In this document: positions 39,812 to 48,991 of the stretch, one piece after another
Layout: each line of letters starts with the position of its first letter
Position numbering within the stretch: the first letter of the stretch is position 1
Origin: an uncultured Anaerolineales bacterium
GTDB taxonomy: Bacteria > Chloroflexota > Anaerolineae > Anaerolineales > E44-bin32
Reading direction: 5' to 3'
DNA length: 64,000 nt
Assembly (NCBI GenBank): GCA_965195195.1
Contig: CBDAFF010000029.1
Coordinates: 6,553-70,552 of the forward strand
Translations under genes and position numbers: made by a program
Notes under the pieces: model-generated
Databases searched by the model: none
The model's input: the letters and a program-made list of their open reading frames with translations, nothing else
Told to the model about the DNA's origin: nothing

Positions 39812-40483
39812 TTACTGGTGTTTCCTTTGCGCTGTCTGAATATAGTCCTCGAGCTCCATTTCCGATAATGAATTCACCGTCAGATCGGCTTTCGGCATCG
39901 GCAAATGCCGCGTCACGTCATTGGGCACAGCCACACAGAAAATACCGGCTCGCTTGACAGCCTCTACACCGTGAAGTGAATCCTCAAAAGCAATCGCTTG
40001 ATGGGGTTGGATCCCCATGTCACCGAGCACAGCCATGTATAGTTCAGGAGATGGCTTGGTATTTAATACATCGTCGGCGCAGCGAATACTTTCGAAATTG
40101 GTGTGCAAACTCAATCTAGTGAGATGCCCGAGGACCCACTTCCTGTCTGAGCTTGAAGCGACACCAAGACGCAAGTTTCGGTCTTTTGCCTCGGCGATGA
40201 GATCAAGAACGCCAGGCATGACTTCTTCTGATTTTAGAAGTTCCAATTCCCGTTGTGTACGGCGGGCACGAATCGCCGCGCGATACACTGACTCACCGAT
40301 GTGTGACTCGATAATTTCGTACGCCTCTGCAGGGTCCGTTGAACTTCCAAGAAGGCTCGCCCATTCCACTGGAGAAACTGTTATGCCATATTCGACGAAA
40401 ATCTCCTCCCACGAACGAAACATCGCCGTCTCGGTATCGAGGATCAATCCATCGAAGTCAAAAATCAGTGCCTTTATGGTCAT
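39812..40483 (-). CDS. HAD-superfamily hydrolase (beta-phosphoglucomutase-like subfamily IA)
   Basis: [16 protein letters not shown] (DxD motif I), [21 protein letters not shown]. Confidence 0.8.
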   Translation of the reverse strand: MTIKALIFDFDGLILDTETAMFRSWEEIFVEYGITVSPVEWASLLGSSTDPAEAYEIIESHIGESVYRAAIRARRTQRELELLKSEEVMPGVLDLIAEAKDRNLRLGVASSSDRKWVLGHLTRLSLHTNFESIRCADDVLNTKPSPELYMAVLGDMGIQPHQAIAFEDSLHGVEAVKRAGIFCVAVPNDVTRHLPMPKADLTVNSLSEMELEDYIQTAQRKHQ

Positions 40484-40515
40484 TAATAATCTCTTTTAGT
40501 TAGATTGTATTAGAA

Positions 40516-42351
40516 GAGTCCCCTGAAAAAAGGTTCGTAAAAATTCGCGAAATTTAGCCGATGGGGGTAGGATAACCGAAATGTCCTATACGGGGAACTC
40601 GGCATGTATAAAAGAAACCAAAACCACCTTCAACTGCCTCTCATGAGTCAATTGGATGCGCTGTCTAACAAGCGACGCAAAGGATTGGAAGAATCCTGGG
40701 CTGGAACCTTCTATAGAGAATTCTTCAGTCGTTTGAACGAAGACATCTTTGCTGATTTGTATTCCGACAAACCTTCCCGGCCGAATATCCCGGTGAATGT
40801 GCTGGCCGGGTTTGAAGTGCTCAAGGCGGGGTTTGGGTATAGCGATGAGGAGATGTATGCGGCCTATAACTACGACATGCAGATACGGTATGCATTTGGC
40901 TACCGCAATCTGGGAGAAGGGGAATTCGAACTGCGGACGATCTACAACTTCCGGCGGCGGCTCAGTGAATACATGCAAGAGAAGGGCATCAACCTGATCG
41001 AGAAAGCCTTTGAGCAGGTCAGCGACGAACAGATAGAAGCCTTTCAGTTGAAGACCGGCAAGCTCAGGGTGGACAGCACACAGATCGCCAGCAATATCCG
41101 CGAGATGAGCCGTCTGCAGCTGCTGGTGGAGGTCTTGCAGCGGGCGCAGCGCATGCTCAGCGAAGAGGATCAAAAGCACTACAAGAACGACTTTGAACCC
41201 TACCTGCAGGGGACCTCGGGCCAATATGTCTATCGCATCAAGGGTGGAGAGGCGGCGGACCATCTGCAGCCAATCGGTGAGCTGATGTACCGGCTGGTGG
41301 AGGAGCTGCGGGATGACTATGATCAGGAGCCCGGCTACCAGATGCTGGTGCGTGTCTTCCAGGAGCATTTCATCCTTGATGAAGACAAGTTGCGCTCCAA
41401 ACAGGGGGATGAACTGAGCGCCGGAAGCTTGCAATCGCCGGACGACCGGGAAGCGACCTATCGCAGAAAACGAGCTGAAGATCACCGTGGCTATGTGGCC
41501 AATCTGACCGAAACCTGCGATCCCGAAAATAAGTTCCAACTGATCAACAAGGTACAGGTAGAGCCCAACAACGTCGAAGACACCGATATGCTGGAGGAGG
41601 CGCTGCCGGACCTGAAAGAGCGCACCGACGTGAAGCAAATCTACACCGACGGTGGATACGGGAGCCCGGATGTGGACGAGGCCATGCGGGAAGCGGGGGT
41701 GGAGCAGATCCAGACCGCTATCCGGGGACGGAAGCCTGCGGAAGAGAAGCTGGGATTAGAGGATTTCGATTGGGAGACCGATGATGATGGCAGGCCCCAG
41801 GATGTCGCTTGTCCCCACGGCCAGAGGGTTGCCGTGCAGCAAAGGCGGAAAGAATATCGCTATCTGGCTTACTTTGATGCTGTAGTTTGCGACAATTGTC
41901 CATTCGCCGATCAGTGTCCGACAAAGCCGCTCAAGCGCAGAGCGGATAGAGTTTTGCGTTTCTTACAGCGAGAAGTGAACCTGACCCTGCGGCGCAAACG
42001 AAGTGCTGATATGCATGCCAGTGGGAAGAACCTGCGTGCTGCGGCCGAGTCAACGATGCGCTCGGTGAAACATCCCTTCAGGAACGGGAAACTTCCTGTA
42101 CGGGGAAAGCCCCGTGTGAGCATGATGGTCATTGCTTCTGCGGCAATGACCAATATCCGGCGTATTCATGAGTATCAGGAGAAGCTGAGAGAAGAGATAA
42201 GAAAAGCAGGAGCCGTTCAGAAACAAATGGAAGAGGCGATCACGAATGCTTTTGTTTCTTTCCTGGGTTTCCTTCAGCGTGGACTATTCAGAAAGATTGA
42301 TTCGAAAATGGCAGTCGTGAGGCTCCCAATTTGAGTTGTTTCAGAGGACTC
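40516..42351 (+). mobile_element. Intact insertion sequence, IS5/IS1182-like (1836 bp)
   Basis: Left end GAGTCCCCTGAAAAAA versus reverse complement of right end GAGTCCTCTGAAACAA (14/16). Flanked by direct repeat ATTAGAA at 40509-40515 and 42352-42358. Single transposase ORF inside. Confidence 0.85.
40604..42334 (+). CDS. IS5/IS1182-family DDE transposase (576 aa)
   Basis: N-terminal InsH-like region (RPNIPVNVLAGFEVLKAGFGYSDEEM), C-terminal Cys cluster (CPHG...CDNCPFADQCPTKP). Family call is from memory. Confidence 0.8.
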   Translation: MYKRNQNHLQLPLMSQLDALSNKRRKGLEESWAGTFYREFFSRLNEDIFADLYSDKPSRPNIPVNVLAGFEVLKAGFGYSDEEMYAAYNYDMQIRYAFGYRNLGEGEFELRTIYNFRRRLSEYMQEKGINLIEKAFEQVSDEQIEAFQLKTGKLRVDSTQIASNIREMSRLQLLVEVLQRAQRMLSEEDQKHYKNDFEPYLQGTSGQYVYRIKGGEAADHLQPIGELMYRLVEELRDDYDQEPGYQMLVRVFQEHFILDEDKLRSKQGDELSAGSLQSPDDREATYRRKRAEDHRGYVANLTETCDPENKFQLINKVQVEPNNVEDTDMLEEALPDLKERTDVKQIYTDGGYGSPDVDEAMREAGVEQIQTAIRGRKPAEEKLGLEDFDWETDDDGRPQDVACPHGQRVAVQQRRKEYRYLAYFDAVVCDNCPFADQCPTKPLKRRADRVLRFLQREVNLTLRRKRSADMHASGKNLRAAAESTMRSVKHPFRNGKLPVRGKPRVSMMVIASAAMTNIRRIHEYQEKLREEIRKAGAVQKQMEEAITNAFVSFLGFLQRGLFRKIDSKMAVVRLPI

Positions 42352-42542
42352 ATTAGAAGGGATGCCATTACATCTCACAACATCATTCCAGGGCGCCAAT
42401 ATCCATCAATCGAGAGCATTCGAAAATGAACTCCGATCGTAATAAGACGACATATATAGGATCATGGCTCGCTTCAACCGGAAAAGTATAACAAATGGAC
42501 TCGATCTCTCTGGATCTGGAAATACCGTCAACCCACAACGCG

Positions 42543-43457
42543 CTAGTTAAATAAACCATCCACGCTCAGATATCTTTGTCCTGTATCCGCGAAAATCACA
42601 ACGATACTTTTCTTGGAATTCTCTGGCCGCTCAGCGATCGTTAATGCAGCATGCGTCGCCGCTCCCGATGAGATTCCCACAAGGAGTCCCTCCTCAACAG
42701 CGATTCTTCGGCACATAGCAAATGCATCATCTTCGTTCACTAGGAAGATTTCATCGATGATCTCTCGGTCCAGCGTTTCGGGCACAAAACCCGGTGCTGT
42801 CCCCATCATGCGGTGTGGCTTGAAAACACCCTGGGATATATAGGGGGATTCTTCGGGTTCTACCGCTACCAATTGCATCTCGGGATTTTTCTCCTTCAAG
42901 TATCGCCCCGCACCGCAAATCGTCCCACCCGTCCCCAGACCGGCCACTAGAATTTCGACCTTTCCATCCGTGTCCGCCCAAATTTCTGGACCCGTTGTTT
43001 GGTAATGGGCTTTAGGGTTAGAAGGATTGACATGCTGCCCGACGTAAAAGTATTCAGGATGACTGGCAACAATCTCTTTAAGTTTCTTTCGTGCTCCTCC
43101 GGTACCTTCAGAAGCAGGAGTCAGGATCAGCTCTGCTCCAAACGCTGTTAGGATCTTCCTTCGCTCCAGGCTCTGGATCTCCGACATGACCAGGATGGCT
43201 TTATAACTTTTAATGGCCGCAAGGAATGCCACGGCCATTCCTGTGTTGCCACTCGTCGCTTCGATTAACGTGCTCCCCGGTTCTAACCGACCCTCAGCTT
43301 CCGCGTCATCGATAATCTGTAATACAGCACGGTCCTTTAAACTGAGAGGGTTCATGAACTCACATTTAGCATAGACCCGGCTGTTCTTCGCGAGACGTCC
43401 CAGCCTGAGCAGTGGAGTATTTCCAATCAATCCCATAACATTGGCGTAGGTCTTCAT
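42543..43457 (-). CDS. cysK: Cysteine synthase (PLP-dependent, CysK/CysM family)
   Basis: LIGNTPLLRL, NPLSLKDRA, ATSGNTGMAVA, GTGGTICG. Start taken at MKTYANV. Confidence 0.85.
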   Translation of the reverse strand: MKTYANVMGLIGNTPLLRLGRLAKNSRVYAKCEFMNPLSLKDRAVLQIIDDAEAEGRLEPGSTLIEATSGNTGMAVAFLAAIKSYKAILVMSEIQSLERRKILTAFGAELILTPASEGTGGARKKLKEIVASHPEYFYVGQHVNPSNPKAHYQTTGPEIWADTDGKVEILVAGLGTGGTICGAGRYLKEKNPEMQLVAVEPEESPYISQGVFKPHRMMGTAPGFVPETLDREIIDEIFLVNEDDAFAMCRRIAVEEGLLVGISSGAATHAALTIAERPENSKKSIVVIFADTGQRYLSVDGLFN

Positions 43458-43680
43458 ATATCCCTCTTCCTTTGGAGGAGAAGTCTTCATCAAGATGCTC
43501 TAGTTTGGAGATATTGTCAATATCCTGAGGAGAACGTTGGGCATAAGGAATGTTACGAAGCTCGAGACGGGGAATCAACATTGTCTGAGCTTCAGTTTAC
43601 GTCACCAAGGTAAATATCAGCCTCTTTACCATCAGCTACAAGCAGGTTTCTCAGAATTTTCGGGGAAATTCGGACGCTTT

Positions 43681-44427
43681 CTATTCCTGCTCCTTGATCC
43701 AACCCAGCGCTACCCCAAAGGACATCACAGCGAGCATAGCGGACAAGAAACCGATCACCCGTCTCCCCTTGCTAATGGCTGCCCCGCTAAAGACCGAAAG
43801 GGTAATTCCAAGGGCGCCATCAACCTTGCGAATCACTTGATCCGCTTCCTCTACCGTGCGCCCCCTTTCTACTAATGACCACTTAAGTATCGGACCACCG
43901 TCTATTCCGGGGATAGGAAGCAAGGAGACCGTGCTGAGAAATGCGTTCGTCGCGCAGGAGACATCGGCAACTTCTCGAACCAATGAATCCTTGAGCGTGA
44001 TGCGCCGAACGGCACTTGATATCACAAGAAGTATGAAGCTAAAAAGGGGTCCCCCCAATGCTCTGAGAATATGCTGCCGTGGTGTGACCAAGTCGTCATT
44101 TATATCGTAATACACACACAGGGGCATGCCCCAGGTTATGCGTATAGCATCCATCGGCTTACCAATCCTGTTCGCAGCTGCCGCATGCGCCAAATTGTGA
44201 CCCCACTCGGATCCAAGAACCACGGGCATCGTGTATGTCGCAATGCGCATCCTCTCGCCTAAGCCACGATCAGGTCGGGTCTTTCCAGCAATCCATGACA
44301 TGGTCCCCCATACAATGCACTGCGTGAGTGGAAACCATGTAAACCCTTTGACCATTAATGGCGTAGCGAATATTCGTCCGACGGAAGTTACCTCATCGTC
44401 AGGATCAAGAACAGGCGGCTTTCGCAT
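43681..44427 (-). CDS. M50 (site-2 protease)-like membrane protein with altered zinc motif
   Basis: NAFLSTVSLLPIPGIDGGPIL matches the M50 NxxPxxxLDG region. The expected HExxH reads GHNLAH (Glu replaced by Asn). Confidence 0.5.
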   Translation of the reverse strand: MRKPPVLDPDDEVTSVGRIFATPLMVKGFTWFPLTQCIVWGTMSWIAGKTRPDRGLGERMRIATYTMPVVLGSEWGHNLAHAAAANRIGKPMDAIRITWGMPLCVYYDINDDLVTPRQHILRALGGPLFSFILLVISSAVRRITLKDSLVREVADVSCATNAFLSTVSLLPIPGIDGGPILKWSLVERGRTVEEADQVIRKVDGALGITLSVFSGAAISKGRRVIGFLSAMLAVMSFGVALGWIKEQE

Positions 44428-44637
44428 ACTACGATTGTACAGAGACTGTTGGAAAAACGATCTTACCGCTACCTTACGATTTGAGCATGAAATAGCGAAG
44501 ACGCCGCAGGGGTAATATGGGTGCCGCTAGGGCTGTGGAGGAAAACCTGAAAGTGTATTGTGGGAGAGGTGTGTCGAACTGCTTGATGATCATTTAGATC
44601 GTCGATTCGGAAAACTACTCTAGTCACCCGCGGCATT

Positions 44638-44687
44638 GTCACCCCTTCTTCGCTGCTCCCCCACGCCATGCATTCGCTCGGAATGAC
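44638..44687 (-). repeat. GTCAT...GTGAC-type palindromic intergenic repeat
   Basis: Minus strand reads GTCATTCCGAGCGAATGCATGGCGTGGGGGAGCAGCGAAGAAGGGGTGAC, just 3' of the 450-aa gene. Same motif family as 46121-46217. Confidence 0.4.
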
Positions 44688-44738
44688 CTGTTTATGCACA
44701 GTCACTTCGATACGTTTCCATTTTTAAAAAAAGGATCT

Positions 44739-46091
44739 CTAGGGATTCGCGCAAGTAGGAACAAGGACTCCATCAGTAAAAGCCGCTTTGCCAAGGACAC
44801 TCGCGTAATATTCATTGACCTGGCGGATGATTTCTCGCACCTGCGAATCTCTGACCATTGCATTCCCCGCAGAATCCTTCAGCGCTAAGGTTCTCTCGAT
44901 AAACCTGACCTCTTGCTCATATGCCTGTCCCGGTCCTGTCTCGACAAACAACCCATATTCCTCAAAGCTCATCCCCTGAGTAGCCGCATACTGTGGATTG
45001 CACTCCCCGGGCTGATTTATATGGACAGCCTCATGAACAAGAATCGCTGCAATCCAGAGCACATCGGCCTGGCGAGGCGCATCGATATTATCTCGCAAAA
45101 AAGTAAACATTGTAGGATCTACACGAACGTCGCCCCTGCCGGCAACCCCGGCGATCCACTCCGGCAAATCAGTGGTGCGAACCGACACAACCACCTCGAA
45201 TAATTCTTTAACGTTGCCCTCGTCAACATTGATCCAGGCCAATGCCTCCCAGATGACATCGAGTTGTTCCTCAGAGAAACCAAAATAATCGACGTCCATG
45301 CCATTAACGATCTTATATCTATGGGGACTAACCTTCATCCAGGGTTCGATGCTGCTTCGCTCCCGATCCCAAAGAGCAATCGCTCGTCCTTCGGCATCGA
45401 TGATATGTAATCCATTCGCCAAGTTGTCCCACGGATCATTGAAGTAGCTCAGGCGACCAGGATTTGTCCATTCGATGGGCGCACCAGCCGGGAGCGAATC
45501 AATAAAGGGTTCAAGATCATCCACAGCAAAGAGCGAAAATTCACCATGTTCGTCCCTGATCCATAGGCTGGCTGCAGGATCATCCACTCCACGATAAAAA
45601 ATATCCACTTCTGTCCCCTCAGAATAGGAAGAAACGCCATTCCAGTACACTTCGACTAGAGCACGATCTCCTTGAGAGGCGATTTTCTCCACATCCAATT
45701 TCGCAACCTTAAGGCGATCGTCTAACTCATCCAGGAAAGCGCCATACGTTGCGGGATTAGAGAGGACATCCGGGGTAATCGGATTCTGGCTTGTATCTCC
45801 TCCCTCTGGGATCCACCTTTCCAGGCCATACGATGCGAGGACATCTTCAAGGGTGGCATGTGAAGTGTTTATCGGGCTGGCTTCCACTTCAGGTAAAGTT
45901 GGTGTTTCTGATGGACGTTCGGGCGGTAAGGTAGCTGCGCTAATTTCGCCCCACTCTATTGTTTCTGTCGGCGGTGCTGGTCCAGCACAGGCGACGAGGA
46001 GCATTGAGATGGCAAACAGTTTCCAAAATCTTAGGGCGATAAACTTGGTTTCTTTTAGTGGGGAAATATAAATCCAGCTACGCTTGGACAA
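44739..46091 (-). CDS. Predicted secreted lipoprotein with HExxH metalloprotease-like motif
   Basis: Lipobox MLLVACAG. AAILVHEAVHINQPGEC near the C-terminus. Confidence 0.5.
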   Translation of the reverse strand: MSKRSWIYISPLKETKFIALRFWKLFAISMLLVACAGPAPPTETIEWGEISAATLPPERPSETPTLPEVEASPINTSHATLEDVLASYGLERWIPEGGDTSQNPITPDVLSNPATYGAFLDELDDRLKVAKLDVEKIASQGDRALVEVYWNGVSSYSEGTEVDIFYRGVDDPAASLWIRDEHGEFSLFAVDDLEPFIDSLPAGAPIEWTNPGRLSYFNDPWDNLANGLHIIDAEGRAIALWDRERSSIEPWMKVSPHRYKIVNGMDVDYFGFSEEQLDVIWEALAWINVDEGNVKELFEVVVSVRTTDLPEWIAGVAGRGDVRVDPTMFTFLRDNIDAPRQADVLWIAAILVHEAVHINQPGECNPQYAATQGMSFEEYGLFVETGPGQAYEQEVRFIERTLALKDSAGNAMVRDSQVREIIRQVNEYYASVLGKAAFTDGVLVPTCANP

Positions 46092-46120
46092 GCTTCACCT
46101 CTTGTTGCAGGATTATGTGA

Positions 46121-46217
46121 TGTCATTATGAGAAGCAAAGCGACGAAGATTCTCGTTCACGGCAAGAAGCACAATTCTATTCAAAGAACGAGATGCTTCA
46201 CTTCGTTCAGCATGACA
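46121..46217. repeat. Imperfect palindromic intergenic element (GTCATT-YGAG-type arms)
   Basis: TGTCATTATGAGAAGCAAAGCGACGAAGATTCTCGTTC (46121-46158), 27-nt spacer, GAACGAGATGCTTCACTTCGTTCAGCATGACA (46186-46217). Terminal TGTCAT/ATGACA and TCTCGTTC/GAACGAGA pair. Confidence 0.5.
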
Positions 46218-46319
46218 GATTCCTGCTTGAATTCATTCTGATGCACACAATGCCGAGATGCTCTTCAAATCCAAATGATAATCGATTACGACCCCTATGC
46301 CTTAACACCCGCGGTCGAT

Positions 46320-46886
46320 CTAGAAGAATAAGAAATAGCGGGGGACCTGCTCTAAATATTGCCTATACTTATCACCATACTGTTGCAAACATGATCGTTC
46401 TTCTGCAATCACGCGAATGTGGCTCATGAAGGCACCGATGGCTATCAGTATTACCGCCACCCAAGATCCTATGGCAATGCTGATCCCTAAACATGATAAA
46501 AGAATGGATACTTGCTGAGGATTCCTCGAGATCCGGTAGAGTCCTTTGGTAACGGGCTGATCGAGCGGAGTATCTTTGAAGTTCAATAGCGAGAGCACAA
46601 ATCCAAACAATCCGAGTAAATAAATCGCGCCCCCAAGAACAAACACAACATGCCCGGTATTCAAGGGCGTCAGGATCACTAACGCAAACCATGAAAGTAT
46701 GAAGAGCTTCCCAATTGCGCTAAGGGTTTTTTGTCTTTTACTCCATGCGGATCGATCATAGAGCCTGGCGACAACACTTTTTGGGAAACTAAGCAGCAGA
46801 ATACCAAATACGACATAGAAAAAGACCAAAAGCAACCAGCCGTTTAGCAGACCTAGATTAAATTCCGGAGTGAGCTCCATCATCAA
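46320..46886 (-). CDS. ICMT/DUF1295-like membrane methyltransferase family protein (paralog 4)
   Basis: VTKGLYRISRNPQQVSILLSCLGISIAIGS ... EERSCLQQYGDKYRQYLEQVP. Confidence 0.65.
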   Translation of the reverse strand: MMMELTPEFNLGLLNGWLLLVFFYVVFGILLLSFPKSVVARLYDRSAWSKRQKTLSAIGKLFILSWFALVILTPLNTGHVVFVLGGAIYLLGLFGFVLSLLNFKDTPLDQPVTKGLYRISRNPQQVSILLSCLGISIAIGSWVAVILIAIGAFMSHIRVIAEERSCLQQYGDKYRQYLEQVPRYFLFF

Positions 46887-47184
46887 CCCCTTTCATATGC
46901 GCTGAATCATTGTGAACACTCCACAACCCATGCCACTTCTTGTCTTGCCTGTGTCAATCGCTTTTAGGTTTGAGAAACTCCGTTGATTCATCAACACCAA
47001 GTCTCAATTGGAGAGAAGCAGGAGCCTACATCGAATAAAATAATACTCGCGGGAGTTCAACAATCATCTTCGCATAACACCTTTAAAAGAACAAACCCAT
47101 TTTCATGATTGCCCACTCACACGCTGTCATATGGTTTAGAATCAAATTTCAAATTTACTTCGAGTTCCTGAGTGGGAAAACCGG

Positions 47185-48477
47185 ATGAGTAAAAACCAGG
47201 TGATTGTGATTGGGGGAGGTCCTGCCGGCCTGATGGCCGCCGGACAGGCTGCGGCGACTGGGGCTGAAACGCTTCTTCTTGAGAAAATGAGCCACCCAGG
47301 CCGCAAGCTGCTCATAACCGGTAAAGGACGTTGCAACCTAACCAATGTAGCCCCACTCGAAGAATTCATTGAACACTTCAGTCCCGATGGCCGGTTTCTG
47401 CGCTCTGCCTTTACGCGTTTCTTCACCGACGAGTTGATCGAATTATTCGAGGAGCTGGGTGTCGAAACTGTCTTAGAGCGTGGAGAACGCATCTATCCAG
47501 TGAGTAACGATGCGCAAGACGTAGTCGATGCATTGACATATTGGGTTCAAAAAAATGGCGCAAAATTGCGAACCCAAGCCAAGGTGGAGAGACTATTGAT
47601 TGAGAATAAACGGGTTGTGGGGGTACAAGTTGCCAATCCTCCTGGGTCCATCCCGAAAGCTAAATCCAAGAATCAGTCAGCATCTACCGAGTACCGGGCT
47701 AAAAGTGTGATTATCGCCACCGGAGGCGCTTCCTATCCCGGCACCGGATCGACGGGAGATGGCTACCGCTTGGCTGAAGACGTTGGCCACACCATCGTCC
47801 CCATTCGACCCGCATTAGTACCTCTTGAAACCTCAGGGAATATTGCCCCGCGGCTGCAGGGACTCAGTTTAAAAAATGTAAACGCGAGCCTGATCGTCGA
47901 TGGGAATAAACAAGCTGAAGCTTTCGGCGAAATGTTATTCACCCACTTCGGACTCTCGGGGCCAATCATCCTTTCCCTGAGCCGGAAAGTCGTCGACGCT
48001 TTGCGTGATAACCATGAGGTTGTACTTTCCATCGACCTCAAACCGGCGCTGGATGACGCAAAACTCGACTCCCGCTTGATGAGGGATTTTGATAATCACG
48101 GCAAACGGCAGTATCGAACATTGCTTCAAGAGCTGCTCCCCCGGAAGCTAATCCCGGTCTGTATTGATCTAACCGGCATCCCTCAGGATAAACGAGCACA
48201 CCAGATTACTTCAGACGAACGCAAACGTTTACGAACCTGGCTTAAAGATTTTCGATTTAATATCAGCGGACACCGGTCATTTGCCCAAGCGATCGTAACA
48301 GCAGGCGGCGTGAGTACACGCGAGGTCAATCCCCGGTCAATGGGCTCGCTCATCGTTGATGGATTGTATTTCGCTGGTGAAGTGCTAGACCTTGATGCAG
48401 ATACCGGGGGTTACAACTTACAGGGCGCATTTTCTACTGGATGGCTTGCCGGTCTCTCGGCAGCAAAAAGCAAATAG
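47185..48477 (+). CDS. HI0933/BaiN-like FAD-dependent oxidoreductase
   Basis: VIVIGGGPAGLMAA dinucleotide motif, KGRCNLTN, C-terminus GEVLDLDADTGGYNLQGAFSTGWLAG. Confidence 0.85.
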   Translation: MSKNQVIVIGGGPAGLMAAGQAAATGAETLLLEKMSHPGRKLLITGKGRCNLTNVAPLEEFIEHFSPDGRFLRSAFTRFFTDELIELFEELGVETVLERGERIYPVSNDAQDVVDALTYWVQKNGAKLRTQAKVERLLIENKRVVGVQVANPPGSIPKAKSKNQSASTEYRAKSVIIATGGASYPGTGSTGDGYRLAEDVGHTIVPIRPALVPLETSGNIAPRLQGLSLKNVNASLIVDGNKQAEAFGEMLFTHFGLSGPIILSLSRKVVDALRDNHEVVLSIDLKPALDDAKLDSRLMRDFDNHGKRQYRTLLQELLPRKLIPVCIDLTGIPQDKRAHQITSDERKRLRTWLKDFRFNISGHRSFAQAIVTAGGVSTREVNPRSMGSLIVDGLYFAGEVLDLDADTGGYNLQGAFSTGWLAGLSAAKSK

Positions 48478-48543
48478 AGAACCCTTACCAACGCTGCTAA
48501 ACCAATAAGTTAAATATCCATCCCGTCGCTACAAACTCGATCT

Positions 48544-48747
48544 CTACCCATGATCATGAGGGCTTGGTTCAATATCTTCCGCGCCGCTCATCCGACCGAT
48601 CAGTTTTTCCGGCTCATGGATTATTACAGGCAAGCACTGGGAGCAAATCGATAATTGCTCACCCTTAAATCCCAACTGCAAGAGAGGAATCTCTGACTCA
48701 CTTCGATCACAACTAAGACAAACTGCAGTCACCGTTGGTTCGCCCAT
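48544..48747 (-). CDS. Small hypothetical protein with two CxxC-like pairs
   Basis: 67 aa, CLSCD ... CSQC. AAAGAGGAG before the ATG. Candidate promoter TTGATC-17-TACGAT upstream. Confidence 0.4.
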   Translation of the reverse strand: MGEPTVTAVCLSCDRSESEIPLLQLGFKGEQLSICSQCLPVIIHEPEKLIGRMSGAEDIEPSPHDHG

Positions 48748-48897
48748 ATTTCTCCTCTTTCTTTATCGTAGGTGTCTGGGGATTCTAGATCAACACAGGT
48801 TTAAACATCCAATTTTTCGGATCCTGAGTCTACCGTAATTCGAATACCTCAGTTGGAATAATCATCAGAGAGACTACAGATACTGAGACGCCGCCTG

Positions 48898-48923
48898 TAG
48901 AGACGTTGCATGCAACGTCTCTA
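48898..48923. repeat. Perfect 26-bp palindrome
   Basis: TAGAGACGTTGCA|TGCAACGTCTCTA, with no mismatch. Lies 3' of the alpha-oxoamine synthase gene. Confidence 0.9.
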
Positions 48924-48991
48924 GCTCTGTTAAAGTTGGCGGCAATTTATGGCCACATCCTTATGGATGATAACGCCAAACACCCCGTTGA

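Noticed and set aside
40586-41638. 350-aa minus-strand ORF
   Set aside because: It is entirely antisense to the transposase gene. Its composition is biased towards L/Q/H/V and has no motifs. It is a shadow ORF.
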